Shown here: positions 10,172 to 20,000 of the stretch, one piece after another
Layout: every line of letters begins with the position of its first letter
Position numbering within the stretch: position 1 is the stretch's first letter
Source: Alphaproteobacteria bacterium
Lineage (GTDB): Bacteria; Pseudomonadota; Alphaproteobacteria; RF32; CAG-239
NCBI GenBank assembly: GCA_017961285.1
Contig: JAGCXO010000037.1
Span: 16,097-80,096, forward strand
Reading direction: 5' to 3'
DNA: 64,000 nt
Program-made: the position numbers and the translations under genes
Notes under the pieces: model-generated
What the model was told of the DNA's origin: nothing
Database searches by the model: none
Seen by the model: only the letters and a program-made list of their open reading frames with translations

Positions 10172-10707
10172 TCCACTTCCTCCAACAACATATTATTTTT
10201 ATCTTTCTCAGATAAAATTGCCTTATTTTCATCTATTTTCCAATCAATATTCAAGGTTGGATCATTATAGCGAATACCACATTCGGAAGCTTTGTTATAA
10301 ACATTGTCGCATTTATAAGCAAAAACAGCCATCTCGCTCAAAACGGAAAAACCATGCCCGAAACCTCTCGGTATCATGAGTTGACGTTTATTTTCCGCCG
10401 AGAGTTCAACTGCCACATGCTTACCGAAAGTCGGAGAATTTTTGCGCAAATCAACTGCAACATCAAGCACTGTTCCTTCCAAAACTCGCACCAACTTTGC
10501 CTGCGAAAATTCACCTTTTTGAAAATGAATTCCCCTGATTGTTCCGAATTTGGATTTTGACTGATTATCTTGAATAAAATTATAATCAATACCCTGTTTT
10601 TTTAAGTCGGCCTGATTATAGCTTTCAAAAAAATAACCGCGTTCATCTTCAAACACTATCGGCTCAATAATAAACACGCCTTCAATATCTGTTTTAATAA
10701 CCTTCAT
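10162..10707 (-). CDS. rfbC: dTDP-4-dehydrorhamnose 3,5-epimerase
   Basis: [16 protein letters not shown] and PRGFGHGF motifs. The start is taken at MKVIKT. Confidence 0.93.
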   Translation of the reverse strand: MKVIKTDIEGVFIIEPIVFEDERGYFFESYNQADLKKQGIDYNFIQDNQSKSKFGTIRGIHFQKGEFSQAKLVRVLEGTVLDVAVDLRKNSPTFGKHVAVELSAENKRQLMIPRGFGHGFSVLSEMAVFAYKCDNVYNKASECGIRYNDPTLNIDWKIDENKAILSEKDKNNMLLEEVECF

Positions 10708-11578
10708 GACAATCCTCATAAACTTTTTTCAAATAGGCCTTATAATCAACTCCGTCTTTCAGTTCATTAATAATCTTCAATAACTGTTTATCGTCAATAA
10801 AGCCTTTCCGATAAGCAATCTCTTCAATACAAGCAATTTTCAAATCTTGACGTTTTTCAATAATTCCAATAAAATTAGATGCCTCCAACAAAGATTGCGG
10901 AGTTCCGGCATCAAGCCAAGCATTGCCACGTTTCATTGGCACAACATTCAACCTGCCCTCTTTAAGATACATGCGATTGAGATCTGTTATCTCAAGCTCT
11001 CCCCTTGCCGAAGGTTTTAATTGGCGCGCTTTTTCAACTACATCGGACTTATAGAAATAAAGCCCGACAACCGCATAATTTGACTTTGGTTGCTTGGGTT
11101 TTTCTTCAATAGAAATAGCACGAAAATCTTTATCAAACTCAACCACACCGAAACGTTCGGGATCAGATACGTGATAGCCAAAAACCGTTCCTCCGGCATT
11201 CTTAGAAATCTCTTCACGGAAAAGTTTAAATTGTTCTCCCATATAAAAGATGTTATCTCCCAAAATCAAGCATACATCATCATCACCTATAAAATCGGCA
11301 CCAATTGTAAAGGCTTGCGCAATACCCTTTGGTTCAGGTTGAATACGGTATTCTAAATGCATACCCAAGCGAGAACCATCACCAAACAATTTTTCAATAT
11401 TTGGAGTATCCTGTGGAGTTGAAATAATCAAAATATCCTTAATCCCGAACAACATCAAAGTTGACAATGGATAATAAATCATAGGTTTATCATAAACCGG
11501 CAAAAGTTGCTTACTGATAACATTAGTCAAAGGATAAAGACGAGAACCGCTGCCGCCTGCTAGAATGATACCTTTCAT
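10694..11578 (-). CDS. rfbA: Glucose-1-phosphate thymidylyltransferase
   Basis: [18 protein letters not shown] start, LGDNIF, and ELEITD motifs. Confidence 0.95.
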   Translation of the reverse strand: MKGIILAGGSGSRLYPLTNVISKQLLPVYDKPMIYYPLSTLMLFGIKDILIISTPQDTPNIEKLFGDGSRLGMHLEYRIQPEPKGIAQAFTIGADFIGDDDVCLILGDNIFYMGEQFKLFREEISKNAGGTVFGYHVSDPERFGVVEFDKDFRAISIEEKPKQPKSNYAVVGLYFYKSDVVEKARQLKPSARGELEITDLNRMYLKEGRLNVVPMKRGNAWLDAGTPQSLLEASNFIGIIEKRQDLKIACIEEIAYRKGFIDDKQLLKIINELKDGVDYKAYLKKVYEDCHEGY

Positions 11579-11725
11579 AAAAAACCTCCGTCACAATACT
11601 TAACTAGCCATAAGTTTACCCTGATATTTAAAAAAATAACGACTTTTATCCCTTTTATCCCCACAAAAAAACGCCAATAGCACTCCAAAAAAATGAGCAC
11701 CATACAAATTTTTATCTATAAGATA

Positions 11726-12643
11726 TTAACGCAAGAACAATTTGATTTCTTTTTTCAAAAATTTATATAATTTCTTACTGCAATGTCCTATATCCGGCAC
11801 AATTACCAACTTGGAATTAGGCATATTTTGATGCAAATCATAAGCTCCCTTCAACGGACAGACCATATCAAGGCGATTATGCACAATCAAAGTCGGAATA
11901 TTCTTAATATTTTCAATATGTTGCAAAATATAATCATCTTCCAGCATAAACTTTTGCGCAGCATAATTGATATAAATTTTACTCTTTGCAATATCATCCG
12001 CATCCAAATCCGTGAGTTCAAGTTTCGGCTTAAATTCGCCTAAAACCCTTTCATAACCGCTATATAATACTGCCGCACTGACCTGCTCTGTCATATCACC
12101 AAAATTTATCATTGAGGCAAAGCTGTCAGACAAAGATTTTGAGCCATTTTTCTTTTCATATAGCCTTTCCAATATATCAGGATAGAACAAACCGCTCTGC
12201 TCTTCTTCCCATTTTCTACTCATTTCATTGGCAAGAAAAATCTGGCTCAACAGCATACTTTTAACCTTTTGCGGATTTTTAATTGCAAACAACAAAGCCA
12301 AAGTTGAGCCCCAGGAACTTCCGCGCAAAATCACCTTATCTCTCACACCAAGATGGTCCAACAACCTTTCTGCATCATTAACCAATTTCCATGAAGTATT
12401 ACCTTCAATTTTCCCTACCGGCAAAGAATTATTACACCCTCTTTGGTCAAACAAAATCATACGATATTTACGTTTGTTAAAACCATCAGCATGCTTCAGT
12501 TTAGCACTTCCTCCGGGACCGCCGTGAAAAAACAAAACCGGCTCTCCGTCAGGATTTCCTGCTTCAAAAAAATATATTTTATGCCCGTCTTCTTCAGGAA
12601 GATAGCCACTGTTAAAAATTTTAGGACCAAAAAAATTAAACAT
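11726..12643 (-). CDS. pip: Proline iminopeptidase (alpha/beta hydrolase)
   Basis: FFHGGPGGS, DQRGCNNS and GSSWGSTLAL (nucleophile elbow) motifs. Confidence 0.85.
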   Translation of the reverse strand: MFNFFGPKIFNSGYLPEEDGHKIYFFEAGNPDGEPVLFFHGGPGGSAKLKHADGFNKRKYRMILFDQRGCNNSLPVGKIEGNTSWKLVNDAERLLDHLGVRDKVILRGSSWGSTLALLFAIKNPQKVKSMLLSQIFLANEMSRKWEEEQSGLFYPDILERLYEKKNGSKSLSDSFASMINFGDMTEQVSAAVLYSGYERVLGEFKPKLELTDLDADDIAKSKIYINYAAQKFMLEDDYILQHIENIKNIPTLIVHNRLDMVCPLKGAYDLHQNMPNSKLVIVPDIGHCSKKLYKFLKKEIKLFLR

Positions 12644-12710
12644 TTTTACTTTTCTTTCATAAATTACCCTAATAATAACATTAGATGTTTTTTATTAAAG
12701 GAGTATTAAG

Positions 12711-13514
12711 ATGCGAGTAATTATTAACTCCAACTACCAGCAATGCGCACAATGGGCAGCCGAATATGTTGCATATAAAATCAAAGCCGCACATCCGACA
12801 AAAGAAAAACCTTTTGTAATGGCATTGCCTGCAGGAAGCACCCCTCTCGGTATGTTCGAAGCATTGATTTCAATGTTCAAAAAAGGGAAAATTTCATTTC
12901 AAAATGTTGTGTTTTTCAACATGAACGAATATGTCGGCTTAGCTCCCGAAGATAAAAACAGTTTCAATTACTATTTATGGGACAATTTCTTTCAACATAT
13001 TGATATCAGAAAGAAAAATATTCACCTCTTGAATGGGCAAACCAAAGATTTTATGCAAGAATGTGCATCTTATGAAAAACTGATCCGCAGCTACGGAGGA
13101 ATAGATCTGCTTATTGCCGGAATTGGCGAAGACGGGCATATTGCCTTCAACGAACCAGGTTCATCTCTCGGCTCTCGCACCAGAGTAAAGGCCCTAAACC
13201 GCAACACTATCAGAGCCAATGCCCGCTTTTTTAATAATAACGAAAATCTTGTCCCAAAATTGGTCGTAACCATGGGTGTTGCTACTATTATGGATGCCGA
13301 TGAAGTTATGCTTATTGCCACTGGCGATAAAAAAGCCGATGCAATTCGTTGCGCCATTGAAGGCAGTGTCAACCATATGTGCCCTGTAAGCATATTGCAA
13401 ATGCACCCTCATGCCTTGATTGTCTGCGACGAAGAAGCAACCTCAAAATTACAATCTGATATTGTCCGTTATTTTAATGATAACGAAAATACCAAATTCG
13501 GCAGAAAAATATAA
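12711..13514 (+). CDS. nagB: Glucosamine-6-phosphate deaminase
   Basis: LPAGSTPLGMF, FNMNEYVGL and GIGEDGHIAFNEPGSSL motifs. GGAG RBS. Confidence 0.9.
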   Translation: MRVIINSNYQQCAQWAAEYVAYKIKAAHPTKEKPFVMALPAGSTPLGMFEALISMFKKGKISFQNVVFFNMNEYVGLAPEDKNSFNYYLWDNFFQHIDIRKKNIHLLNGQTKDFMQECASYEKLIRSYGGIDLLIAGIGEDGHIAFNEPGSSLGSRTRVKALNRNTIRANARFFNNNENLVPKLVVTMGVATIMDADEVMLIATGDKKADAIRCAIEGSVNHMCPVSILQMHPHALIVCDEEATSKLQSDIVRYFNDNENTKFGRKI

Positions 13515-13531
13515 CTTTTTTGTGAAAAAAC

Positions 13532-13560
13532 TTGACAAAATTTTGATATACGGTTAAACT
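13532..13560 (+). promoter_or_regulatory. Sigma-70-like promoter
   Basis: TTGACA(13532-13537)-N17-TAAACT(13555-13560), about 50 nt upstream of the 13613 ORF. Confidence 0.5.
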
Positions 13561-13612
13561 AATCGTAATTATGATTATTATCGCAATTTTTTATCACTAA
13601 AACTTTAAAAAT

Positions 13613-13987
13613 ATGGAAAAAGCAAAAAAACTGGCAACGATTGCCACCTGTTGTGTAAGTGCTACCGCCATTATTTGTTTATTGTTTGTCTTATTGGGAC
13701 TTTTTTATACCCAAGAAGGCGGCATTAATACAAGTTTTTTATCGTGGACAATTCTGGGTTGCACTGCGCTGTTTGTCGTTGTATTATACATTGACATCTA
13801 CTTGTATAGCCGCGGAGATGTTTCCTTTTATTTGGTTTTCTTCTCCTTTCTCTTAGTCATTTCAGGCTTTGTGGCATTTGGCTTCTTGGACCTTATCGGA
13901 ACACATCCGATGTTCTGGCTCTCTTGCGGCGCTACATCACTGATGGCAATGGTTTGTTTGCTATACAATGCACATGCAGCACTATAA
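13613..13987 (+). CDS. Hypothetical small membrane protein (about 4 TM helices)
   Basis: 124-aa hydrophobic ORF bounded by a promoter-like box and a terminator. Confidence 0.55.
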   Translation: MEKAKKLATIATCCVSATAIICLLFVLLGLFYTQEGGINTSFLSWTILGCTALFVVVLYIDIYLYSRGDVSFYLVFFSFLLVISGFVAFGFLDLIGTHPMFWLSCGATSLMAMVCLLYNAHAAL

Positions 13988-13994
13988 AACAATT

Positions 13995-14029
13995 ATCCCT
14001 TATGGTTTTTATCATAAGGGATTTTTTTA
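13995..14029 (+). terminator. Rho-independent terminator
   Basis: ATCCCTTATG (13995-14004) pairs with CATAAGGGAT (14013-14022), followed by TTTTTT. Confidence 0.85.
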
Positions 14030-14076
14030 TATTACTGTAAATTGAATAATTTTTTTCACAAAAAACAAATAAATAA

Positions 14077-14105
14077 TTGCCAAAATTGTTTTTAAGGATT
14101 ATACA
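14077..14105 (+). promoter_or_regulatory. Sigma-70-like promoter upstream of infA
   Basis: TTGCCA-N17-TATACA. Confidence 0.45.
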
Positions 14106-14138
14106 TCAATAAAAATGAACAACATTTAAGGATTTTTT

Positions 14139-14357
14139 ATGAAAGAAGAATTGTTAGAATTAACCGGCGAAGTTGTAGAAAAGCTCCCTAATGCCATGTT
14201 CAGGGTAAAACTTGAAAACGGAGTTGAAATCTTGGCAATGACTGCCGGAAAGATGCGCAAATTTCGCATCAGAGTAATGGTTGGCGACAAAGTAGATATT
14301 GAAATGACCCCATACGACCTTACCAAAGGACGTATAACTTTCCGCCACAAAGACTAG
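14139..14357 (+). CDS. infA: Translation initiation factor IF-1
   Basis: 72 aa. The sequence ...[60 protein letters not shown] is near-canonical IF-1. Confidence 0.97.
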   Translation: MKEELLELTGEVVEKLPNAMFRVKLENGVEILAMTAGKMRKFRIRVMVGDKVDIEMTPYDLTKGRITFRHKD

Positions 14358-14358
14358 A

Positions 14359-14937
14359 TTATAAATACTTAATCAGTAAAAAACCACCTATTAAAAGAAT
14401 AAAAAATATTATCGAGAGCAATCCAAAGTGTTTCTCGATAATTTTTTTAATCGGCTCTCCGAAAAACCTCAGCAATGCGGCAATTATAAAGAAGCGCAAT
14501 CCCCTAGCCACAACGGATGCTATACCGAAAACCCATATATTCATACCGACGACACCGCTGGCGATGGTAATAACTTTATACGGAAAAGGTGTAATTCCCG
14601 CGCCCAAAACAATCCAAGCACCATATTCATTATAATATCTGCTGAATTGCTCAAATTTTTCCAAATAGCCATAAAAATTGAGCAACGGCTTTGCAATCAA
14701 ATCATAACCGAGAAAACCTATCAAATAACCGAAATATCCGCCGATAACGCTTGCAATTGTTGCCACCAAAGCAATTTTCCATGCCCTCTTTGGTGTTGCA
14801 ACAATCATCGGAATAAGCATTATATCAGGAGGAATTGGGAAAAAAGAACTTTCAATAAAAGCAACTACAGCCAATGCCCACATAGCATTTCTTCCCGAAG
14901 CGGCATCAACCATCCATTGATATATTTTCTTAGTCAT
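14359..14937 (-). CDS. DedA/YqaA-family membrane protein
   Basis: FIESSFFPIPPDIMLIPM motif and multi-pass hydrophobic profile. Confidence 0.8.
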   Translation of the reverse strand: MTKKIYQWMVDAASGRNAMWALAVVAFIESSFFPIPPDIMLIPMIVATPKRAWKIALVATIASVIGGYFGYLIGFLGYDLIAKPLLNFYGYLEKFEQFSRYYNEYGAWIVLGAGITPFPYKVITIASGVVGMNIWVFGIASVVARGLRFFIIAALLRFFGEPIKKIIEKHFGLLSIIFFILLIGGFLLIKYL

Positions 14938-14976
14938 CTCAAATAACTCTTAAAAAAAATCTCCCTGCCACGGATA

Positions 14977-15570
14977 TTATTTAAGAATTGCTTTTAAATC
15001 TCCATCTTTTGTAATTTTTTCCACATAAAAAGTCTTTGCCATCGCAAATTTTTTGCTCAACTCAAGATATTTATCTCGATTACAACAAAGTCCTATTGCC
15101 CTTACCGCATTCTTTTCCAAAAACACTTTTGCGGCTCTCATATCATGAATTCGCAAAAACGATTGCTTTTCTTTTAGCAAATAATCCTCCTGTTTCTTTG
15201 GCTCAAAGAGCAAAAAATCATATTTTTTTCCGCCTTGACAATAAGCGCCGGCAACCTCCCCGAGTTTCTCATTAACCATAGACCTCAAAACATAATGAGA
15301 AACACCGGCATGCCAAGCTTCTTCAATATTTTTACAAATCACAGCCAGCGGAGTTTTAAAATTTTTAACCAAATATCCGATCAACATTTTATAATCCGGA
15401 TCCTTCACTTCGGCATCAACCACATACAAATCCGGCGAAAGCTCCTTAGAATACTTTGTCATTTTATAAACATTATTCGTAGCAAAAACCTCAATTCCTT
15501 TCTTCTCCAGCAATTTTGCGTAAAAATCCGCCCGTTCTTTCTTATCATCCACAATAAAAACCTTCCCCAT
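14977..15570 (-). CDS. Receiver-domain-like protein (probably degenerate pseudo-receiver)
   Basis: VFIVDDKK ... DLYVVDAEV ... PLAVICKN ... HYVLRS follows the CheY beta1/3/4/5 pattern, but the conserved Thr/Ser and Lys positions are replaced. No output domain recognised. GGAGGAG RBS. Confidence 0.45.
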   Translation of the reverse strand: MGKVFIVDDKKERADFYAKLLEKKGIEVFATNNVYKMTKYSKELSPDLYVVDAEVKDPDYKMLIGYLVKNFKTPLAVICKNIEEAWHAGVSHYVLRSMVNEKLGEVAGAYCQGGKKYDFLLFEPKKQEDYLLKEKQSFLRIHDMRAAKVFLEKNAVRAIGLCCNRDKYLELSKKFAMAKTFYVEKITKDGDLKAILK

Positions 15571-15668
15571 AATCTCCTCCCTTCCTGGGGTATAATATGG
15601 GATTTATTAAAGAATTTTCACCTGTCTTTTAGTTCTAAACAATATATCAAAAAGCAACAGTATTTTTA

Positions 15669-15697
15669 TTGACAAAAAAGCAAACTCTTGTTAGAAA
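15669..15697 (+). promoter_or_regulatory. Sigma-70-like promoter
   Basis: TTGACA-N17-TAGAAA, 50 nt upstream of the 15747 ORF. Confidence 0.45.
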
Positions 15698-15746
15698 AAG
15701 AACTCAAAATTGATATTATTATGTCTTATGTTTAATTTTTTGTATT

Positions 15747-16901
15747 ATGGAAAAACACCTATTATTCTCTCTGTTGGATAAAATTAATCCAACCACCGAC
15801 CAACTTCGCGAATATACGGAGTTGCGCACAAATGGAAAATTTCCCCTTCCGCTATTTTGGCGTGACCATTTAGGAGAATGTTTTTTCTCCAACAAATGGT
15901 ATGAAAACGCAACTGTCCTCGGCATTGCTTTGCCTGACAAAATCATCTTAAGAAGAACGATTGAGCCGGCCAAATGGCAAAAGGAACAAATCAGCACCCA
16001 AGACTTAGTCGAGCATGCAAAGCAAATTCATCCCGATGCCCTGCCCCTCCATTTCGGCGGCGACTCATCAGACGGCATCATTAATATGCTGTTGTTGCAT
16101 GGTCCTAAATACTTGGAAACAAGTATTTTGCTCGAAAAACACGGCATCAAAATGCCTAGTTTATTTGAGCCGATGGCCTATGTCGCCGGCGGAGATGCAA
16201 TTCTTGCGCAAGAAAACTTCAATATCCGTGTCTTTCAAATTGGTCAAAGGGAACAAAAATCGGTTCCCATCAAGCTCATCGACAAGATGATAGTCCTCAT
16301 CCCCGTCTCAGGATACAACTTTAAAGTCGTTTCTCAAGAGTCACAGCCGGAAAAACACGACCTGGATGTCGGAACTGGCATTAACAGTTGCGACTTTCCG
16401 CCAGATCGAACCACGCAAGAAAAATTCGAGTTTTCACTCCCTTTATTTCTGCGCGACACTAATGGCAAATATTTTGTCAGCAACAAAATTGTCGACGGTT
16501 GCACGGTTGAGGGTATTGCCCTGCGCGACACTATCATCCTGCGCCAGACAATTGCTCCCTGCAAAATAGACAAAGATGAACCGACGCAAGCCGATTTGTT
16601 TGAACTTGCCAAACAAGTTCACCCTTGCGCTCAACCACTTTATTTTGCCGGTTTTCCTTTCGGTGGCGGCATTATTACCCTGCTCTTGATCGACAAGAAA
16701 AAGTACATCCAAACATCCGAATTGCTCAGGAGATATGACGTAACCATGCCGGACATCAACAAAGAACTCTACTTTGTTGGTGGAAACTACCATCAAGGAG
16801 GTTATGTCAACGAAATCAAAGTAGGATGTTGGTCCGGAGGATCGAGGATTAAAGGCATCGAAGAAATGCTTCTTGCCATTCCTCGCAATCAAGTTGAGTA
16901 A
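15747..16901 (+). CDS. Hypothetical protein made of two tandem copies of an unrecognised ~190-aa domain
   Basis: aa 1-197 and 198-384 align colinearly (KFPLPLFWRD/FSLPLFLRD, VLGIALPDKIILRRTIEP/VEGIALRDTIILRQTIAP, QIHPDALPLHFGG/QVHPCAQPLYFAG). No signal peptide. Confidence 0.7.
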   Translation: MEKHLLFSLLDKINPTTDQLREYTELRTNGKFPLPLFWRDHLGECFFSNKWYENATVLGIALPDKIILRRTIEPAKWQKEQISTQDLVEHAKQIHPDALPLHFGGDSSDGIINMLLLHGPKYLETSILLEKHGIKMPSLFEPMAYVAGGDAILAQENFNIRVFQIGQREQKSVPIKLIDKMIVLIPVSGYNFKVVSQESQPEKHDLDVGTGINSCDFPPDRTTQEKFEFSLPLFLRDTNGKYFVSNKIVDGCTVEGIALRDTIILRQTIAPCKIDKDEPTQADLFELAKQVHPCAQPLYFAGFPFGGGIITLLLIDKKKYIQTSELLRRYDVTMPDINKELYFVGGNYHQGGYVNEIKVGCWSGGSRIKGIEEMLLAIPRNQVE

Positions 16902-16912
16902 ATGTAAAACCA

Positions 16913-16946
16913 AAGGCGGATATGAATATCCGCCTTTTCTGTTTTA
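16913..16946 (+). terminator. Rho-independent terminator
   Basis: AAAGGCGGATAT (16913-16924) pairs with ATATCCGCCTTT (16927-16938), followed by TCTGTTTT. Confidence 0.85.
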
Positions 16947-16977
16947 AAGATTTGGCAAAAATTTTATCGCACCTGTG

Positions 16978-17006
16978 TAACAAAAATGTCATTTTACAAT
17001 ATAATC
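16978..17006 (+). promoter_or_regulatory. Possible promoter of the giant gene
   Basis: GTAACA-N17-TATAAT (TATAAT at 17001-17006). Confidence 0.35.
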
Positions 17007-17063
17007 AAAATATTATATACTGATTGTAGTTATGATTGTATCTTCGGATAAAGGGGAAAAGCC

Positions 17064-20000
17064 ATGCCAAACAGTATTGAAACACCGATTGCCGTAAACA
17101 CTGAAGAAGTAACAATTGACGACAATATTTATATCAAAGAAACCTATGAAGACGGAACATATGCCTATAAAGACCAAGAAGGCAACGTCACCAGCGTTTA
17201 TTATCCCAGCGGTTATACTAAAGTTACCGCACTAGAAGACGGCGACGTCCTAAGTTTTTACGATGGCGGCAAAATCAAATCGGTAGAATCCTGCAACACC
17301 CATTCCTCATATACTGTTCTGCACGACAATGGTGAAATATATGAAAGCAACCCCCAATACGATTACAAACTGATAAATTCGCAAAATTATGATGAAAACG
17401 GCAATCTCGAAGAAGCAACACTCTCCGACGGCACCGAAATCAGTTACTATGAGAACGGCTATTGCGAAGAAATAATTACAGACGACGAAGATATCATCAA
17501 ATTCAACGATAACGGACAAGTAACCTCAATCCAATCCAGCGGAAAACATTCATCTTTCAGTTTTGACCACGCCAACGGCGAACACTGGCAAACTGCGCCC
17601 GAAGATGACTATACCGAAATAGAAGAGCAAACTTGGTATGACAACGGACAAACAAAAAGCAAAGATAACTTTGATGACAGCTACACCGCATATTATGAAA
17701 ACGGATATATAGAAACCTACTACAGCCCCGATCACGACCAAATAGAATTTGACGAAAATGGCAATCTAACCTCCATACATGCCTCCGGGAAACACTCCTC
17801 ATACGAACTTCAGCATGCCAACGGCGAAACATGGAAAAGCGATCCTCAATATGACTATACAAATACCAAACAACAAAAATGGCAGGACGGCAATCTTGTC
17901 AGCACCAGCGTAGATGTCAGTAACGAAGAAGTGGAAAAAATGGTAAAAGAGCGCGCCCATTGGCTTTGTGAACAATATATAGAAGCCACAGACCGACGTT
18001 TGGCAGAAATTCAAAGCTGTAACTCAACTGAAAAAACTCAATATGTAAAAGATATGTTTGACAGACTTGGTCATGGTCGAATATATGACAAATATTGCAT
18101 CGTTGGACAGTTAAATTGTCTGCAGGACGTATGCGACAGCAGCGGCAATCTTAACGATTCATATCACAACACCACCAATTGCGCAAACTTCATAGCCAAT
18201 ATGAAAAAGAATGGTTATGCCGACTGCTTCAGCAAAAATCCGAAAAAAGAAGATATTCACCCCGGAGATATGATTTTTACACCACGTGATAAAGATGGCA
18301 ACTACCATGTTGTTTCGGTAAAAGAAGTTTATCAGGATGAAAAAGGTGAAACTCACGTAATTGTCAACAGCTTCAACAGTGACGGAACAAAAGAGTTCAA
18401 AGGAAACGGCAACTACACCGTATTTAACACCGAAAAATATATGGAAAAAGCCCTCTATAAGGAACTGGAAGAACAAAATTTGTGGCAACAGGAACAAGAT
18501 AACGGACAATACATAGCCTCAAACGGCGATACTCGTCAAATGGATGCGGTAAAATATGCCGAAATGAATACTTATTTGACCCGCGGAATGGAACCTGAAT
18601 CAGATATTCAGCTTGCCGATGCCGTCGTTGAACATGATAATACATCACAAACTGTTCCGGAAGCTCCTCAACAAGAATCCCAAGAAGACCAAATAGTCAC
18701 AGGCCCAATTGACACCAAATATTACGAGGATGGCACACTGGCCTATGAAGAATATCCTGACGGCAGCGAAAAAAGCTATCGTAAAAACGGAAAGTTACAA
18801 TATGAAAAACTGCCTGATGGAACCGAAAAAACTTATTACATAAGTGGTAATTTGAAATATGAAAAACATCCCGATGGCACCGAAAAAAGCTATGATAATA
18901 CGGATGATTACTCCTTACAATATGAAAAACTTCCCGACGGCACTGAAAACACCTACAGTGATGGCAAGTTAATAGCAACAAAATCTAAAGACGGAGATTG
19001 GAATTACCAATCAACCCCTAAATATGCATCTCCATCACATACAAAAATTGAATATTATCCCGACGGCACCACACCAAAACATGTTGAACGGCCTGATGGA
19101 GTTATAATAGATTATTATGAAAATGGTCAATATAAACATTATGAGTGGCCTAGTGGAGATAAAGCAGATTATTATGAACATAACGGTATTCTTAAACATT
19201 ATGAGTGGGCTGAAGAAGAAAAAATAGTGGAAAAAGCCGACTTTGATGAGAAAGGTGTTGTAAAATATCAAGAAGATTCTGATGGCACCAAAATCTACTA
19301 TTATGAAAATGGTATACCCAAACACAAAGAACTTCCGGACGGCACAATAATCGACTATGATGAAAAAGGACAGATAAAAGAAGAGAATCAGTCAAATCCA
19401 CCAAGCATTGAAAAAACAGAAGACCAAATACTCGCTTCCAATCAACAAACACAAGATAACACTCAAACAACAACTACTATTACAAAAGAAGAGGAAAACA
19501 ATATGACAGAACAACAAACAAATGGAAATGATAATTGCCATGTAGAATATTATGACAACGGCAATATAAAATATGAAGAATGGCCCGATGGCTCAAAGAA
19601 CTTTTATTACGAAAGCGGAGCATTACAGCGCGCTGAACGTGATGATATGATAGTCGACTATTATGAGAACGGAAATTATAAGCGCTTAGATTATAAAGAC
19701 GACAATGTTATAGAATATTATGAAAACGGCAATATAAAAACCGCAGAATATCCTGAAGGCGATTATCTTGAATTCAACGAAAAAGGTGAACCCACACGTA
19801 TTCTTTCCTCTTTAACATATCCATCATACACCATCACACGGGGAGATAATCAAACTGAATGGACAAGCGACCCGCAATATGACTATACCCAAATAGCTGA
19901 ACAAACTTTTGAAAACGGTAAAGTTGTAAAAGAAATAAAATCCGAAGAACGCCAATTAGCACAAGAGAATGCTGCAGATTTTCATGAATATATTGCCCCT

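Noticed and set aside
14428-14946. 172-aa plus-strand ORF.
   Set aside because: It is antisense to the DedA/YqaA gene, whose motifs are clear.
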